From the NCBI RefSeq assembly GCF_009914755.1, contig NC_060925.1: a DNA stretch of 64,000 bases; one strand, 5' to 3'. The notes under the pieces are model-generated. The model did no database searches, had not been told where the DNA came from, and saw only the letters and a program-made list of their open reading frames with translations. This DNA is from the human T2T-CHM13v2.0 reference genome, Homo sapiens. The translations under genes and the position numbers were made by a program. How positions within the stretch are numbered: position 1 is the stretch's first letter; each line of letters begins with the position of its first letter. Shown here piece after piece: positions 33,423 through 56,123 of the stretch.

Positions 33423-36239
33423 CTAGTTGGGAGTTGAATGACCCTGGAGTTCAGGGGAGGGTGAACTCAAGAGTTGATAATTTATAACATTAAAAGCCAT
33501 GAGACTGGATGAGGCCACCAAGAAAATATGAAGAGAAGAAAATATGAAGAGGTGAGAAGGAAGGACTAGAGAGATAAAAGGAAAAATAGAAGAGTATAGT
33601 GTTTTGAAGGCCAAGGAAGAATGTGTTTCAAAGAGGAGGGAGAATCAGCTGAGTCAAGTGTTGCGAGGGCAAGCAAAATGAGGGCTGGAAATGCCGATGG
33701 GATTGCACCTTATGGAGGCCATGGGTGATCTTCACAAGAGTGGTTTCAGGGAAGTGCTGAGGGTAAATGAGACAGGGGCTCAAGAGAATGGAGAAGAGAA
33801 ATTGGAGCTGGCAAGTGTGGATAATCCTTTCAATGAGTTTTGCTCTACACCGAAAGGGATGTGGAGTCAAGAAAGGGTATTTTTAGGTTGGGAAAAATAA
33901 CAGCATGTTTGTAAGCTGATGGAAAGAACCAGGAGAGAAAGAAAACCTGATGATACATAGGGGAGAATTGCTGATGTGCCACGACTGAGAAGGCAAGAGG
34001 GGATGAGATTTAGTGCACACGTGGAGGGGTTGGCATCCACTCTGAGAACAGACAGTTCACCTGAAACAGCAGAGAAAGTGAAATGCATGGACATGAGTAG
34101 GTGGGTAGATGTGGTGGGAGGTCCCAAACGTTCTATCTTTATTGCCTCTGTCATCTCAGTGAAAGAGAAATCAAGATGATCAACTGAAAGTCAAAAAAAG
34201 GAAGCATTCGTATTTGAGGAGAGAAGGGTATGAAATAATTGTCTAGAAGAGTGAGAGAATGAATGAAGGAAATATGGTACAATTACATATTTACCCACAT
34301 ATAAAGTAATACTGATATTATCATCATCACCAGCTCTTGTATCCCTCAACCTCCTCATCAACAGATATTTCATCACAAAATTTGGTTTTGGTGACATACT
34401 TCAAATGTATTTTGAAATATCCTTATTACATGATGCTTTTTAAATATGAATAAAATATTTTATATCATTTCAGTACTTTTGATGTTCCAAACTCATACAT
34501 TTTCCAGTAAAATTGAACAAAGACATTGGTTTAAAATTGCCTACTGACCACAAGATGAATATGGTTCTACCTGTTATTTGAAGCCTGATGGTGTGGCAGA
34601 GTGATTTTCCAGGCATTATCTCAACTACAAAGTTCTCAGTGTGTTGCCACTGGTGACAGGGATAATCTCATGATTAGATAAGACCCTCTTAGTCAGGGTC
34701 ACTCAGACTATGGCCTCTTACTGACAACACTCAACCCAATTTCAGTGCCCCATCTCACTTTCCACCACTGAGTGATTGCCTAATTTGGCATCTCAAACAG
34801 AACTACTGCAAGGACATACAGCCAAGAAAAAGAAAAATCATGTTTTGCTTTACTCACTAGTGTATCCTCTGGCGCTGTGCACAGAGCAGGCACTCAAATT
34901 TGTTAAATGGCTAGCACTTTCTAGACATAGTAAAAGTGACAAGCAAAGGACCAAAGTTATGTTTGAAAATAACAGGGTAGTGGTAGCTACTTCCCCCAAC
35001 TTTTTGATGGTACTGGCAACCCCTGAACACCACAGTTATATGGCAGATAACTAATATTAATAACTAGAGTCAGACGTAAATAGGGTGATCTCTCCACTCT
35101 CCGGTCAAAATGCCTTCCTCCTTGCTTGCTTGATGAATGTTCTGATGCTGCTATTATCAAGACTTAAATCCTCTTCACTGGCAAGCCAACCGTTATTGTC
35201 CAATTCTCATTAAGGATTCATGTGATTTACTGGCATAATGAAAAACACACTCTCATGGATGAACTAGAAATTGCTAAGATGTATTGTAGTACACGGGCCC
35301 CAGTGAACGGAGTAGTAGTAAATATGCCTTGACCTGCTTTCTTTTGGCTACAATAAACATGAAGCACATAATCACAAACTGTCAGTCATACATCTAGTTT
35401 ACAGCTGTCACCTGTAAATAAAATCGTGTTCATTTCATTCAGGTTCATGTACTCTTTTGAAAAGCGCACACTCAAGAAAATATTTTGATACTTTAGCTGA
35501 ACCTCAACTTATGAAAAAAGGCCAATGTGCCAGAGGTACATTTTGAGTAAAGGATTCCCTGCTTAACAAAAGTACTTAATGTAGAGTTTCTTTAAATAGT
35601 GACTTCCTTTAAAGCAGCAAACTTCAAGCTTTTCTGTCGTTAGTGCTACTCATCTGAAGTTTCAAAATGTAATATTAAGGATTTCTCTTTGCACCAGAGA
35701 TGGCCACCTCCTCCAAAATGGCCAGTGGCTACAGGGAAAAATGTGAATAATCTCTAATGTACTTTTTGGGCTTTTATCGTGGACTGGTTAAAAAAAAAAA
35801 GCCTTGTCCCCTAAAAGCATTTATGTTGGTTTGCAGAAAAACAATTAGCAGCTAAAGTAACTACTATAACTAGGATTATATATTAGAAGCAACTTCCAGT
35901 TGACCCTACATAATGGTCATAACCAACAACAGCTATTTATTATGTGCTGGGCATTGTTTTAACTGCCTTCCTCTATGAGGTAGAGTAACTGAGATAGCTG
36001 TTAGACTTTTCTCCATTTTATAACTGAACTTAGGCAGTTTATGTAGACACTTAGAAGGCAAAGCATTCTGAACTGCCATAAATGAATACAAAATGATTCT
36101 GAGTATAAAAATGTGACTATATATATTTCAGTCCATTGAAATCAATTTCACTAACAGGTATATGAATGCACATATTCAAGACATGAGTCTTGAAAGCATG
36201 CTCTATTTAGTCTGCTTTCAACTGACAATTTCCTACCAA

Positions 36240-37750
36240 TGTTAAGAACAGTTCTTGCTTTCTCATACAGTGTGTGCTTTTGTTCTTTTCCATCTCTTGT
36301 TCCCTCTACCTGGAATGTCCTTCCTCCTTCCTCTACCTATTGAAATTGTACTCATCCTTCAAAGCACAGCTCAAAATGCAAGTCCTTTTTTTTTTTTTTT
36401 TTTTTAAATGCAAGTCCTTTCTGATGCATTTTCCTTTACTGGTGTATTTATCACTACCAAGTGTAAAAGCATTTTGGAAGAGATTTACCAAGTGGACTGG
36501 AAATATTGGTAAAAGATTGACCAAGTGGACTAGAAATGAGGGAGGAAAGGCATTTTCCCAGCAAAGGGCACAGGCAGGAAATAGCCACGTTGTTTCCAGG
36601 AAACCCCAAATGGTTAGGTTGCAAAGGACTTTGCTGGACTGAAAAGGAAACTAGATGGGCTAGTTTAAATTTTATCTTTTAAGTGATGGTGAACTACAAA
36701 GGGATGTTAAGGGGAAGAAAAAATTCTTAATAAACTGTTAGGAAAAAGAAAAACAACACTGTGAAAACGTGGACTGGACTGGAGATGACTGGAGTCCATT
36801 GCAGTAATCAGCACAAGAGGTACCAAGGCCTGCAGGCAATCCACAGGTTTTTGAAAGGGAATACCCAAGAGGAATTAGAGGTACTAGCAACATGTTTTGC
36901 TGGCCGAGTGAATATGGATGATGGTGCTGGAGGGACAGCCCAGGGGGGCTCTCAGTTTTCTGGTTTGGGTTATGACGAACGTTTTGGCAATGCCAATCTT
37001 CTGGGCAGGAAATACTATAGGAGGAGGTCTGGCGGTAAAGAGTGAAATGAGCTTTTTGGGACATGTTGACCTGAATGGCTGATGGGACACTCAAGAGAAT
37101 TGAGTATGCAGTTGGAAAAGATCTAGAACTCAGACATACAGATAAAAATATTGGAGTCATTAGCCTATTAATGCTATTTGAAACTGTGGGATTAGATGAG
37201 GCTGATTAGGCATGAGAAGACGGCCAAATATGGAAGTTTAGTAAACCAATGTCAAAGACGCATACCCAGGAAGAAAAGTCAGTGAAAGACATGGAACTAA
37301 AAAGGGTCAGAGATGTAGGAGGGCAGGTCATAGGAATAATTTTTTTTAAAAAGTATCAAATGCACCGGAGTGATATGGTAAGACATGAAACTAAGAAGTC
37401 AACATGAGCTTTGCTCAGGAGTACCCTTCATGATCTCAGTGAAAACAGTGCTATGGTGGGGGCAGAAGGGTGAGGAAAAGTAGAAAGTTTAAAGAAGGGA
37501 GGAGGGCTTATCACTCTTTCAGACAGAAACTGTAACCCTTATTTCAAAGACCTGATAGTAACTAGAGAAAGACAGAAGTTCAAGGGAAATCTTTATTATT
37601 GTTGCTTTTTCCATTTGTGGGTTTGCTTTGTTTTTTAAACAGAAAGATTTAGGACAATTTCAGATTCTGTATTAGGAGCTATGGAAAGAAAGTGCTTCGA
37701 GACCTATCAGTGTAGGGTATAACTGGCGGTTCAGGGTCTGAGACATGTTG
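36240..37750. mobile_element. L2-like remnants
   Basis: Diverged L2-like tracts (cctggaatgtccttcc..., purine-rich body). Confidence 0.5.
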
Positions 37751-37879
37751 GGAGTGCTTAGATCAATAACAGATAGCTGGCTTTCAATTGTCTTCATCTC
37801 TTTGTAGAAATTTCCTCATAGTACATAATGCACATTTTTCAGAAACAAATGAATACAAAAACCATATTAGTTCATGATA

Positions 37880-37885
37880 TTTATT
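37880..37885 (-). terminator. EPRS1: EPRS1 polyadenylation signal AATAAA
   Basis: First AATAAA, about 190 nt after the stop, followed by a T/GT-rich stretch on the minus strand. Confidence 0.8.
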
Positions 37886-38072
37886 ACTGGAGTTGTTTAC
37901 AGAAAAGTCTTTTATCCACTGTTAACTTAGGCATAAGAATAATTGTCTTGTGTGACTTCATTTTAGAACTTTTACTTTTTAAAAAATCATAAAATGGTCT
38001 GTATCTGAGAAGATACTAATATCAATGCTTTAAAAAGTGAGAGGAGTTGAAGAGGGGGCTTTCGTTCATCCC

Positions 38073-38252
<180 letters not shown>

Positions 38253-38324
38253 TCATTTATGCTGCAAATTGCTATTCCTTTCCATTGCAATTTTTCAAAA
38301 GTTTTGCCAGTTAATTAGGTTTAC

Positions 38325-38389
38325 CTGGCAGTGGTCTTTTTGATCCAGTCCTCACAGTCAATTTCCCCACAGAATGGAATCTGAACAAT
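38325..38389 (-). CDS. EPRS1: EPRS1 exon 31
   Basis: IVQIPFCGEIDCEDWIKKTTA(R); AG/GT boundaries. Confidence 0.96.
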
Positions 38390-39097
38390 CTAATTAAGAA
38401 AAGGAAAAGTAATCAGTATTTATAACTCCTTCAATTCTATTCTGCAGAAGGAACATTTGAGTTCTATATTAAACTGGCAAGCAAAAAGGATAGGTCTCCC
38501 AACCTTTTTTCAGGCTATGATACCTTTGCAAACCTATTAGGAACTTTGCTCAGTTATAAAAGATAGGAAAGAATGTTTTTCCACTATCCAAAACCCACGC
38601 TCACAGCACATCAAGACACAACAAAGACATCTTTGCAGTACCCTCAAATCTCCCATAAACTGGCTAAAACACAGTGGCTGAAAAGAAGTTGAACTCCAGT
38701 TATATCTCCCTCATTTCAAACCTGGACTACACCTGCTCTACCTATCTAAATAGTTATCAGGAGGAGAAAAGGAACATCAAAAATAGCAAACTGATTTTTA
38801 ATGTGTTGTTAACAGCAACAATTAACAATCACGCAAATTTCACTTTATGCCACAATGTTCCTAACACGTTATATAGGTAAGTGGATCATTTTTAAAGTCC
38901 TAAAATCATTTTGTGTAAGGAAAAAAAAAAAAAAACCTTTCAATTTTTCATTCTTAGACTACATAAAACAAAGGCCGAATCAAGATACTTAGGATTTTAT
39001 TTTAATTTTGAAATTTGCCATGTGTTTGAAAATCTCTAGCTCTGGGTTTTCTTTTAATAAATTGTGGATGTCAGACTAGACAAGCATTAAAAAAAAA

Positions 39098-40115
<1,018 letters not shown>

Positions 40116-41046
40116 TTACAAAAGCAATAACCCAATAAGGATAGAAGGCTAAATACTGAAGAATTATAGATCTAAAGAGGATTTTGATATTATCTATTTT
40201 GTACTCATTTTACAGAATAGTAAAATGAAAGCCAGAGAGATTAATTTTCCCAGCTCAAGAAATACGAGACATATTAATACGTTATGACCATAAAAATTAA
40301 AGCTTTACATAAATTCATGCTCATTCTCAGCATGAATTTAAAACACAAAAAAAGATACAGAGGAAAATGCATTAAACCTAGTCAGAAGAGTGATCTAAAT
40401 TCTGTATAGTTTGGGGTATTCATTTAAGACACTGGCCCATGGTTTTCTCACTTGTAACCTGAGGACACAGGATTGGTTGTATATTCAAACATGTATACCA
40501 GAATACTAAAGTCCATAAGTGATTCATTCCAATAATTAAATAACTTTGCAAATCTGAAATTCTTCTTTATGAAACTTTAAAGTTTCAGCTCGAAACAACT
40601 GCATATACCCAATATATAAAATCAATTAAATCTTAAAGAGCCATTAACTACCTAATTAGGAAAGCCTATGGAGTTCTAAGGAGCCAGGTAGCCCCTCATT
40701 ATGAAAAACAGGCTTAGAATAAGCAACACTTTTCTTCTCATTATTCAGAAAGTTCAATCAATTGAGAGCTGAGTATGTACAGTCAGGGAATGGAAAGAAA
40801 CTGACTTTTCACCTTGTTTTAGGCAGCCGCATATGACAGCTCTAAAGCTAGAACAATGGTTACTTTAGGAACTTACCAGAAACTGAAATAACACAGATTT
40901 TCAATAAAGAAATAAGGAGACATACAGAATTAATGTTCTTTAGAAAGTAGCATATCAAACATGGGGAAAAAAAAACTTACATAATCAGTTCACAAGTATT
41001 ACCCCCAAAATGGTATAATGTTGTAATGCTTTAGAAAAGCCAGTAG

Positions 41047-41053
41047 AAAACAA

Positions 41054-41105
<52 letters not shown>

Positions 41106-41245
41106 TACACACACACTATATTTATATATGACATATATAAATATAAAACAAAGACTATATATTTAGATTATATATTTATATGACATATAAATGTAAAACA
41201 AAGACTATATAATTAGATTATATATTTATACGTATATATAAATGT
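41047..41245. repeat. (TA)n(CA)n microsatellite within three degenerate aaaacaaagactata-led units
   Basis: Directly visible. Confidence 0.85.
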
Positions 41246-41331
41246 TGAGTAATGTACTATCTTTTTATGTGATTGGCTTAAAAAGGTATTAATACCATGC
41301 ATAAATTCAATGAGCCTTAAAATACAATTTA

Positions 41332-41508
<177 letters not shown>

Positions 41509-42541
41509 TTATGAAACACATAAGCACAATTTAATGAAAAGACAACTTGGGAGTGAGAAGGACTCAATTTGAATCTCAAGTCTATCACTCATAGTGACCA
41601 TCAGTATATCAGAGTTATCTTATCATTGCACTATTGTGAGCCTTAAATGCATGGGAAATGTGTTAAGCACACAACAGGTGATCATAACTTTTGTTACTGC
41701 TGTTAAATCTCTAATGACCATCATTCTTTTCCTGGCATTAACACATTACCTATGGGAGTCTATGTTATTTTTTAAACCTCCCTGGTCTTAAATATTTCCA
41801 GATTCAGAGGAATATATATATATCTTTTATCAATATATAAGTGCCCTTATATAAGATGCAGGCATTACCCTCTCCCAAACTGCACCTCCATCCTCAGTGG
41901 TAGTGGGCCTTCCTCTCTGCTTTCTGCTCCAGGTAGGCAGAGAAAGAAAACAGGGTGCCACGCTAAGCCACTAATCTTCTGGTGCCTCTGCCTTGACTAC
42001 CTTGAGATCTATGATTCTAAATGACTCTCTCCATAGGTGAGGGCGGCCCTAAGGCCTTCCTCTATCCCTCATTCCCAACCCCAGTCAGGAGGTTCTCAGC
42101 CTTGGCTATATTATAATCCCCTGGGGGAGCTTTTAACAGTATAGTTTCCAGGCCCTCTCCAGTCCAATTAAATTAGTATCTCTAGGAAGGCACTGGTATT
42201 TACTAAAGCTTCCCAGGTGCTGCCAATGTGTACCCAGCAGATGACAGTCAATGCCTGAAGCCCTCACATTTATATCTCATAAAAGCCTAGATTTAAATTA
42301 ACCCACATTAGTCCAGGGGACAGAAACTTCATTGTTGCAAACCTAGTAGGAAGCAGGTGGCACTTAGAAAAATAACCATAATACAAGTAAAAAACCCAGA
42401 GAGTGGCAAATTAAGTAGCATGGGGGTTCAGAGGGAGGGAACAATTGCTTCCAATTGGGGCAACCCCAAAAATTCCTTGGTAAAGATCTCAAAGGTGGTG
42501 GAAGATCTGGAGAGAGAGACATAAGCAATTTTAAGAAACTA

Positions 42542-42703
<162 letters not shown>

Positions 42704-43169
42704 CTATAAGATAAAAAAGGCAGTTAAAATGATATATGAATGTCTCCAGTTGAATATACAGATGTAATTCATGGCTTTAGCTACCATAAATTATAAAAAA
42801 CCCAAAAAACAAAGGCAAAGCCAAAAAAAACAAGAGAAAAAAAAAAAAACAGGTAATACTGCTGAGATACTGTAGAAACCTATTCCAGTAAGAAGGCATA
42901 AACCTAAAAAAAAAATCTACTGCCCCAGAAGTTCTTCATGGAGAAACAGAGTAGTTTCTAGACCAGCATTCCCAACTTTTCTCACAAAATAGCATCCAGA
43001 AAACGTATTTGCATAGGAATGGGGTTAAACGAAGACTTTTTGAGGCTACAAGCCACTGAGGGGATCAGTAACATGACACATTTTTGACTCATTCCTGATA
43101 CAGTGGTATTCTCTGGTTGAAAAGTCCTCATTCTGGGTACTCTTATCTTTAGCATGCATTATGATTATA

Positions 43170-43630
43170 AGGATTGTTAAAGCACAGATTTTGGGGTCCT
43201 GCCTCCAGAGTCTTTTATTAGAGTAGGTTGGGGATGCGACCTGAGAATTTGTTTTTTTTTGTTTGTTTGAAGACAGAGTCTCACTGTTGACCAGACTGGA
43301 GTGCAGTGACATGATCTTGGCTCACTACAACCTCCGCCTCCCAAGATCAATTGATTCTCATGCCTCAGCCTCCCGAGTAGCTGGGATTACAGGCACCTAC
43401 CACCATGCCTGGCTAATTTTTGTATTTTTAGTAGACATGGGGTTTCACCACATTGACCAGGCTGGTGTCGAACACCTGGCCTCAACTGATCTGCCGGCCT
43501 CAGCCTCTCAAATTGCTGGGATTATAGACGTGAGCCACCGTACTTGGCCAAGAGTTTGTATTTCTAACAAGTTTCCAAGTGATGCTGACACTGCTGGTCC
43601 TAGGACCACAGTTTAAAAACCACTCCCCTA
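43170..43630. mobile_element. MER5A-like element with an antisense Alu (about 43250-43550)
   Basis: ttgttaaagcacagatt...[Alu]...tttctaacaagtttccaagtgatgctga. Confidence 0.75.
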
Positions 43631-44279
43631 TACTCTTTGGTTTTTCCAAAGCAACTTAAGGACAGACTATATGCAAGTTTACGACTTGGGAATGTTCAAT
43701 CTTGTGAATGTGTATCCCGTAAGGGGATTAAAATCCTTAAGGCTTAGGGAAAAACCACATTTTTAGGGCCCAGAACCTTATCTGATAAATAGTAGATTTT
43801 AAGTAATTTTTTTGAATGAATAATCCTCTAAAATTAACTTGGGATTTTCCTGAGTTACATGCTTCCATATACAATTTAGATGACGGGTGGTCACCCCAAA
43901 AATGCCATAGGAAAAATTTTAAATATTACTCTAGAAGTCCTTATTTACCCCTAGGGAAGACTTATTTTACAAAATGATATTTAAAAAAAAACCACAATGG
44001 AACCAACTGTTGTATGCTAAATATTACATTATTTTATTGCTTTAGTTATTTATTCAATGTATTATACTGGATGTATTACATGCATTTGTAAGATACAGTG
44101 CTAAGTGCAATGAGATTTACAAGATGAATAAGAAATACATCTTGTCCTCTAGAAGCTTCATGCTTTGTAGGGTAAATAAGGCACACATATAAACAACAAA
44201 AATTAATACAGAAAGTCAGCAGTGAGAGAATATTCCTCAGCTGGAAGAGAGAAGAAAAGTTACTGGAGAAGGTAAAAAT

Positions 44280-45960
<1,681 letters not shown>

Positions 45961-47850
45961 AAAAAAATTTTACAAGCCAGGTAGAAGAAATCGCACAAGT
46001 AAAGACACAGAGGTGGAAAAACAGGCTGTCTGTGAAGAAGAGAGAAAAGGGCATATGAAAGGGGATAATGAAAAGTGAAAGTTGGAAAGGTAATCTGAAG
46101 CCAAATCATGGAGGAGGCAAATATTTTGTTGACAGTTTTTTTCTAAAACTAGTTACAAATTTAACTTTAAAAGATTCGTGTTTTGTTTCTATAGCAACAC
46201 AGAATTATCTTACTCTTTCCACATAGTAAAAAGAAAAGTAGTTAATTCACTCAGATTATTTTCCCCTTTATACTTTCATAATATAGGAAGGGGTACCAAA
46301 GAAGAATTACAGGAGTTGCTGGGTTCTGGCCTCACAATCAAACAATATTATAGCTCATTTATTAATCTGAATAAGTTTCAAAATGCGCGTACACATCGCT
46401 CACACACTTTGGTCAATCGCTGTCAAATAAATATAAATCCAGATCTCCTAAAATATTTTTTCTTAGAAATTCTTTGACTAAATGGAATTAAAATGGCATT
46501 AAAAAGTATAACTAATACCTTCACTAGATAGTGAACTCTCTTTCTCAATGTTCTTTAACTTGAGGCGTCAAGTTTAGAACTTAGGTGCTTTATTTTCTTT
46601 CCTGAGGAATACAGACAACGAAGCTGTAGAAGACCCAACTCATACTAAGAATACCTCCCCAGCATAGTATAGGCTCACTAGAGTACTAAAAGAAGAGTGA
46701 CAAAGACAAAGCCAAGTCAGTCTAAGGATGAGAAATGAATAAAAGAGGAAAGGGTACAAAGAATTCAGGAATGAACGTGGATGGTTTTTTCTTTTTAATC
46801 CCGCTAGTAGCCAGCAGTAAATTTCTCCTTTAACATTTTATAGCCCAGGTTAAGTAGAAATTAGTTTAGAGAAACTGCTACTGGCATCACACAATAGCTA
46901 TTTATAAGTAAGCAAAAAGGAGTGCAATTAAAAAGGAAATGACATGGAAAAAAAATCATGTTTAGAAAAGCATATAAAGAAGCTGGTATATTACATAAAA
47001 GGGAAACAATTATCAATATAATTACCATTCCTCAGCACAGGAAATTTACCTCAGGGGCAATGTGAAACAAATAAGATGATAAATATTAGCAACTTTGGGA
47101 ACCCTAGATGTATAAATACCTAAAAATCCCAATATTGCTGAGCTTCCATAGTTTGAAAGCATGCAGCTGCAATCTCAATACATTCTCTCATACTGTCACC
47201 TATAATATCAATTTATATAGTCTCGATTCCTAATTTCTAGATCCAGTAAGATTCCCTCTTTCAGCATAAGAAAAAAATGTTGTAAGTTTATAAATCAGAA
47301 TTAAGGCCACAGATAATCTATTAATGACAATGTGCAATACATGAAAGTTATATTACAAACAATAAAGCAGAATTTAGACTGGCTTTAATAAACAAAATAA
47401 AAATCAACAAACTGGTATGAAACAATGTGGTGTGAAAACTCAAGAATAAAATTAATCTCAGATGTTTCACTATTAGCTATAACAAACACAGCTAAGTGAT
47501 GTCCATGTACTGTTATTCTGGTGGTCTATGTAAATAACTTATTTATTTTATGAATTCCTGGCATAAACATTTTAGTATACTAGTTACGTGAGGGTAATCA
47601 TAAACAAGCGCTCAAGATCGTTTTTATTCTAACATAATAAAAATAAGCTTCCACAAAAACTGTTTTAAATTTAGGTATCACTATTGCAAAGCTATGAACT
47701 GTGTCAGTGCTCAACAGTTTAAGTGAAGAAGAAGAAAACTCACAACTATCAAAATAGAGGAAAGTAATGAGAAACCTCAAGTTTTATAAAAACATGCAGA
47801 GGAAAATCTAAACTCAAATTGCAGATGTTGGGGGTAAAAGATAAAGCTTA

Positions 47851-48033
<183 letters not shown>

Positions 48034-48661
48034 CTAGAATCAGCACAATGTCCCAAATGTATGCAAAGAAACAGATATAGAAGTAATGAGCTCTCAGAAG
48101 TCGAAACCTACCAGTGGCTATATTATTAACACGAATCAGCTGTGTGATTTCTAATCTTATATATAATGTCTACTAATTACCTGCAAATCACTTACCCGTG
48201 CTAAATGCATTTTCATCTGACCTACTATATTTCACTTAATCTATTTTTCATATGTGTGTATATATATATATATATATTTTTTTCCCCCCCAGCCTCCCAA
48301 GTAGCTGGGACTATCAGTGCATGCCACCACACCTGGCTAATTTTTTGTAGACTAGATTTTGCCATGTTGCCCAGGCTTAGTCTCAAACTCCTGGGCTCAA
48401 GCAATCTGCCCGCCTTGGCGTCCCACAGTGCTGGGATTACAGGCGTGAGCCTGCATGCCCAGCTCATTTAACATACTATAAACCGTTTTTAAAAAATGAC
48501 TTCTAAAAATGTTTATATAAGTAGCTTAAAAATTAAAAGAGTAAGAAACAATAAATAAATAATACACACAGTCACAAAACACTAGGGTCCAGACTGCATT
48601 CCACGTTGTTTTTATTATCAGAGAAATCTGCCTGAATGATATTCAGAAAATCACCCTTTCA

Positions 48662-48925
<264 letters not shown>

Positions 48926-49294
48926 CTAAAATAGAGAGAGAAAAATAAGCTTCATTTTTAATAACCTATTATGCCCTTGAAAATGATTACTATAAGATCA
49001 CATGCTTTAAAATGGCACTACACTTTTTTTCTCCCTTTTTTTACATTAAATAAGGTTTTTAATTATAAGCATAATTACCATAATAAGAGATTAAGATTAG
49101 TCAAAAAATACTATTTACAAGCATTTTGCTCTGGGCAGCCCCTTTTATAGCAGTAATTTTACCTACAACAGTTAAAAAGGAATTCATATTTTAGTAGTAA
49201 TTCAGGATACATACTATGACTTAACGAACCATGGAGACAGAGGAATGGGATAGATTTGTTTGAAATTATTATACGAAAGTACATGAAACACTTA

Positions 49295-49609
<315 letters not shown>

Positions 49610-50064
49610 CTATAAAACTGCACTACTTAAGACTAATTGTGTGGGAAAAGCAATCTGAACAATAAAAACCTCTTTTTATGAAAAGGTTAAAGCAGCCAGT
49701 GTGAACTTATTAAGAAAGATATTCAATGAAGCAATGTAAAAAGAAGTCAAATAACTTTTTAAAATGTATATATGTTTAGAATATAAGAGAAAATAAATGT
49801 TAAGAAAGATATACAGTATCAAAATGCAAATTTCCTGAAAAATAATTTTTTCTACACATTAAAGTCCAGAAGTATTTTCACCTAAAAATTTAAAAGAGCC
49901 TATTTCCTTAATAATAACATTCCAATAAGCAGTTACTTAAATCCATGAACATTTGAATTAATTTGATTTTGCTTTTAACAGGTGTTACATACATTTTAAA
50001 TAACAAAATTGCAGAACCTGAACAAAAATAATGGAACATAGTTAATATGGAAAATAACTTTTTA

Positions 50065-50307
<243 letters not shown>

Positions 50308-50577
50308 TCAAATGATCCTTCTACCTTAGCCTCCCAAGTAGCTGGGCTACAGGTGCACGCCAATGCAGCTGGCTAATTTTTGCATTTTTAGTAGAGATGT
50401 GGTTTTGCCATGTTGCCCAGGCTGGTCTCAAAATCCTGGGCTCAAGTGATCTGTCCGCTCGACCTCCCAAAGTGCTGGGATTATAAGCATGAGCTGCCAC
50501 GCCCAGCCACTTTCCAATTTTTATTACCATTTTATATAATAAGTAATCAAAAATTACAATTTATCTTAAACACTTCA

Positions 50578-50796
<219 letters not shown>

Positions 50797-52023
50797 TTAA
50801 GGCTTTATTTCTCCTTTAGGGATGTAACAGCTAAACCAGCAAGATAATTAATAGGAATTAAAATGTAATAAATAAATTTGAAAAATAAAATGTATGTTTG
50901 TGTAAATATATTTCCAATGTTTATAATAAGTGAATAGTATTATCTATTTCATGAAGTGTATTACTCAAGGATACAAATCTAAACTTGATCATATTTTACA
51001 TTCTTCACAGATTTTACATTCTTCACATAACAGTTAATGTACTTCGACGGTTTTCACATTTTGTTTTTAAAAACACAAATAAAGGTCATGTTCTATGTTA
51101 AGTTCTCTGCATTCATTGACCTATTCAATTCTCACATTCAACCCACAAGAAGGTATCATAACTCAGTTTTAAAGACGTGGAAAGCTGAGTTTATAGAAGC
51201 TAAACAATTTGCTGAATCCAGCAGTTATGTATGAGAAGCAGAATTAATTTATATCTGATGCATCTACTCAGAGTATGAAAGCTCTTGCAATGAAGTGCAA
51301 AGTGAAGATACCTGTCTTAGAATAGCCTGCTCATGATCTATAATTAGTAAACCAAAACAAACAAAACTTTGCCAAATAGTCTGAGAGAAAAAAACTGGTA
51401 TCACAATATTAATAATGTATTATACAAAAGTATCACTAGAAATATCAATAAGAACAGACAATCCTGAACTCTACAGATGAATGATCACTTTGAAAGACAC
51501 TGTAAAGCCCAAAACCTCAAATTTTCCAACAGCATTTCCATTTACCATACGTAATTTCAGAAAAATCATTTAATCTTTCAGAGACTTTTCTTTACCTGCA
51601 AAATGGAAATCACAGTAACTTTCCCTGCCTTCCTCACAACACTGTTGTCAGAATAACACGAGATGACGTAAAAGTACTTAGCAACCTATGAACACCCTAC
51701 ATGAATGCAAACCTAAATGTATTATTAAAATTTAAAAATAATTATGGCATAAAAATTGCATTTGCAATATTATAATCAATTCCAACAATAAAAATTATTC
51801 TAAGAATAAAACTCCTTGAAAAGTCCTAAAAATTTACAGCATAAAAATGAGTATTTAAATTAAAAATCCTATAATTTAATGATAAAGAGCTCTACAATGA
51901 ATATTAGAGAATAAAACTCTAGACAACTTAAGTTTGCATTCAATCTTCATCAACATTCATGAAATGTTATATCGTCAACAGAGATTATAGCTATCACAAA
52001 GCAAAAGCTGAGACTCAACTTTA

Positions 52024-52152
<129 letters not shown>

Positions 52153-52415
52153 CTAGTAAGAAAAAATCATTTTTCATACTTTTTTTTCAATAGCATTTTG
52201 GAGCAACAGTACAAATGCAGGCAAATTTCCTCTGTTTTAATTTTTGCTATATCAATTTAGGCAAGTTAAAATAGTCGCTGCTGTTCACTGTGAGGAAAGG
52301 TACGCACTTACTGACCTTCTAAATATTAAAAGTCAGTTAATTAATGTAACAAAATCATTACTTGCTATAAAGGTAGAAACAGAACTTTTTAACAAAAATG
52401 GCTTTATATTTTTCA

Positions 52416-55069
<2,654 letters not shown>

Positions 55070-55559
55070 TAGGTCTCCAATAAAAAAACTATTTCAGACA
55101 ATAATCATTTTCTTGAAATATCAACAATTATTCAGGATAGAGATGGTCTCTTTTTGGAGTTTAAAAACAAGGTTTTACTGGCTAAAAATTTTAATGTATT
55201 TGCATTTGCATTCTCCATTGTTTCACTATGACATACCTCAACAAAATAACTCTGTGAAACCTAGCACTTTCACAGGCACTAAGAAAGTAAAAGGTGAGAA
55301 GTTCTACATTCTCTTCTACCCTGCTATAACTCTGGTTATTCAGTTTAATAGTCAAAAGGAAAAATAACTGTTGCATTCTCTTGTTTAAAGAGACATTGTG
55401 TATATGACATGAGAGCTAAGAGGCAGCAAAATTTGATACTCAGCTAAACAAATGTAAAACCAAAGTATCTCAGTAACAGCTTTTTCTTCTTATTAAGTAA
55501 GCCATTAAGGGAAACCCATCACAAAGTTCACTGTAATTGTGGAAACAGACAAAAAATTA

Positions 55560-55865
55560 CAATTATGCGTCACTTAATGACATGAATACATTTTCAGAAA
55601 TACGCTGTTAGGTGATTTCATCATTGTGCAAACATCATAGCTTGTACTTACACAAACCTAGATGATATACGTATATTTTTATATGGAAAACCAAATATCC
55701 CAGCAACATTACTGAATATCAATAATTTCCCCCACTTGATCTGCGATGCCAATATCAAGTGCCATATATCAGGTTTCCATACATGCTCCATTATAATCTT
55801 ATGGACCAATGTCATATATGTAGTCCACTGTTGACTGACACATCATTATGTGGTGTATGACCGTA
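55560..55865. mobile_element. Tigger3/MER7-like DNA transposon remnant
   Basis: tgcgtcacttaatgac...cattgtgcaaacatcatag...tacacaaacctagatg. Confidence 0.6.
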
Positions 55866-56086
55866 CATTATTTATACAGATTGGAAGATCCTTAAAGAGC
55901 CCTCTATCCAACCATTTTGTCTTTAGTCAGTTTTGTCTTATATTTAAACTATCAATTTTTAAATTGAGAATGAAGCTCTCACTTAGTCCCCACAAAAGAT
56001 CTTCATCTGAAAAAAATCTGCTTAAGGTGCAAAACAATGTGTATAATTAGGCTACCAATCATGTTTAAAAAGGAGGAGAGAAAATA

Positions 56087-56123
<37 letters not shown>
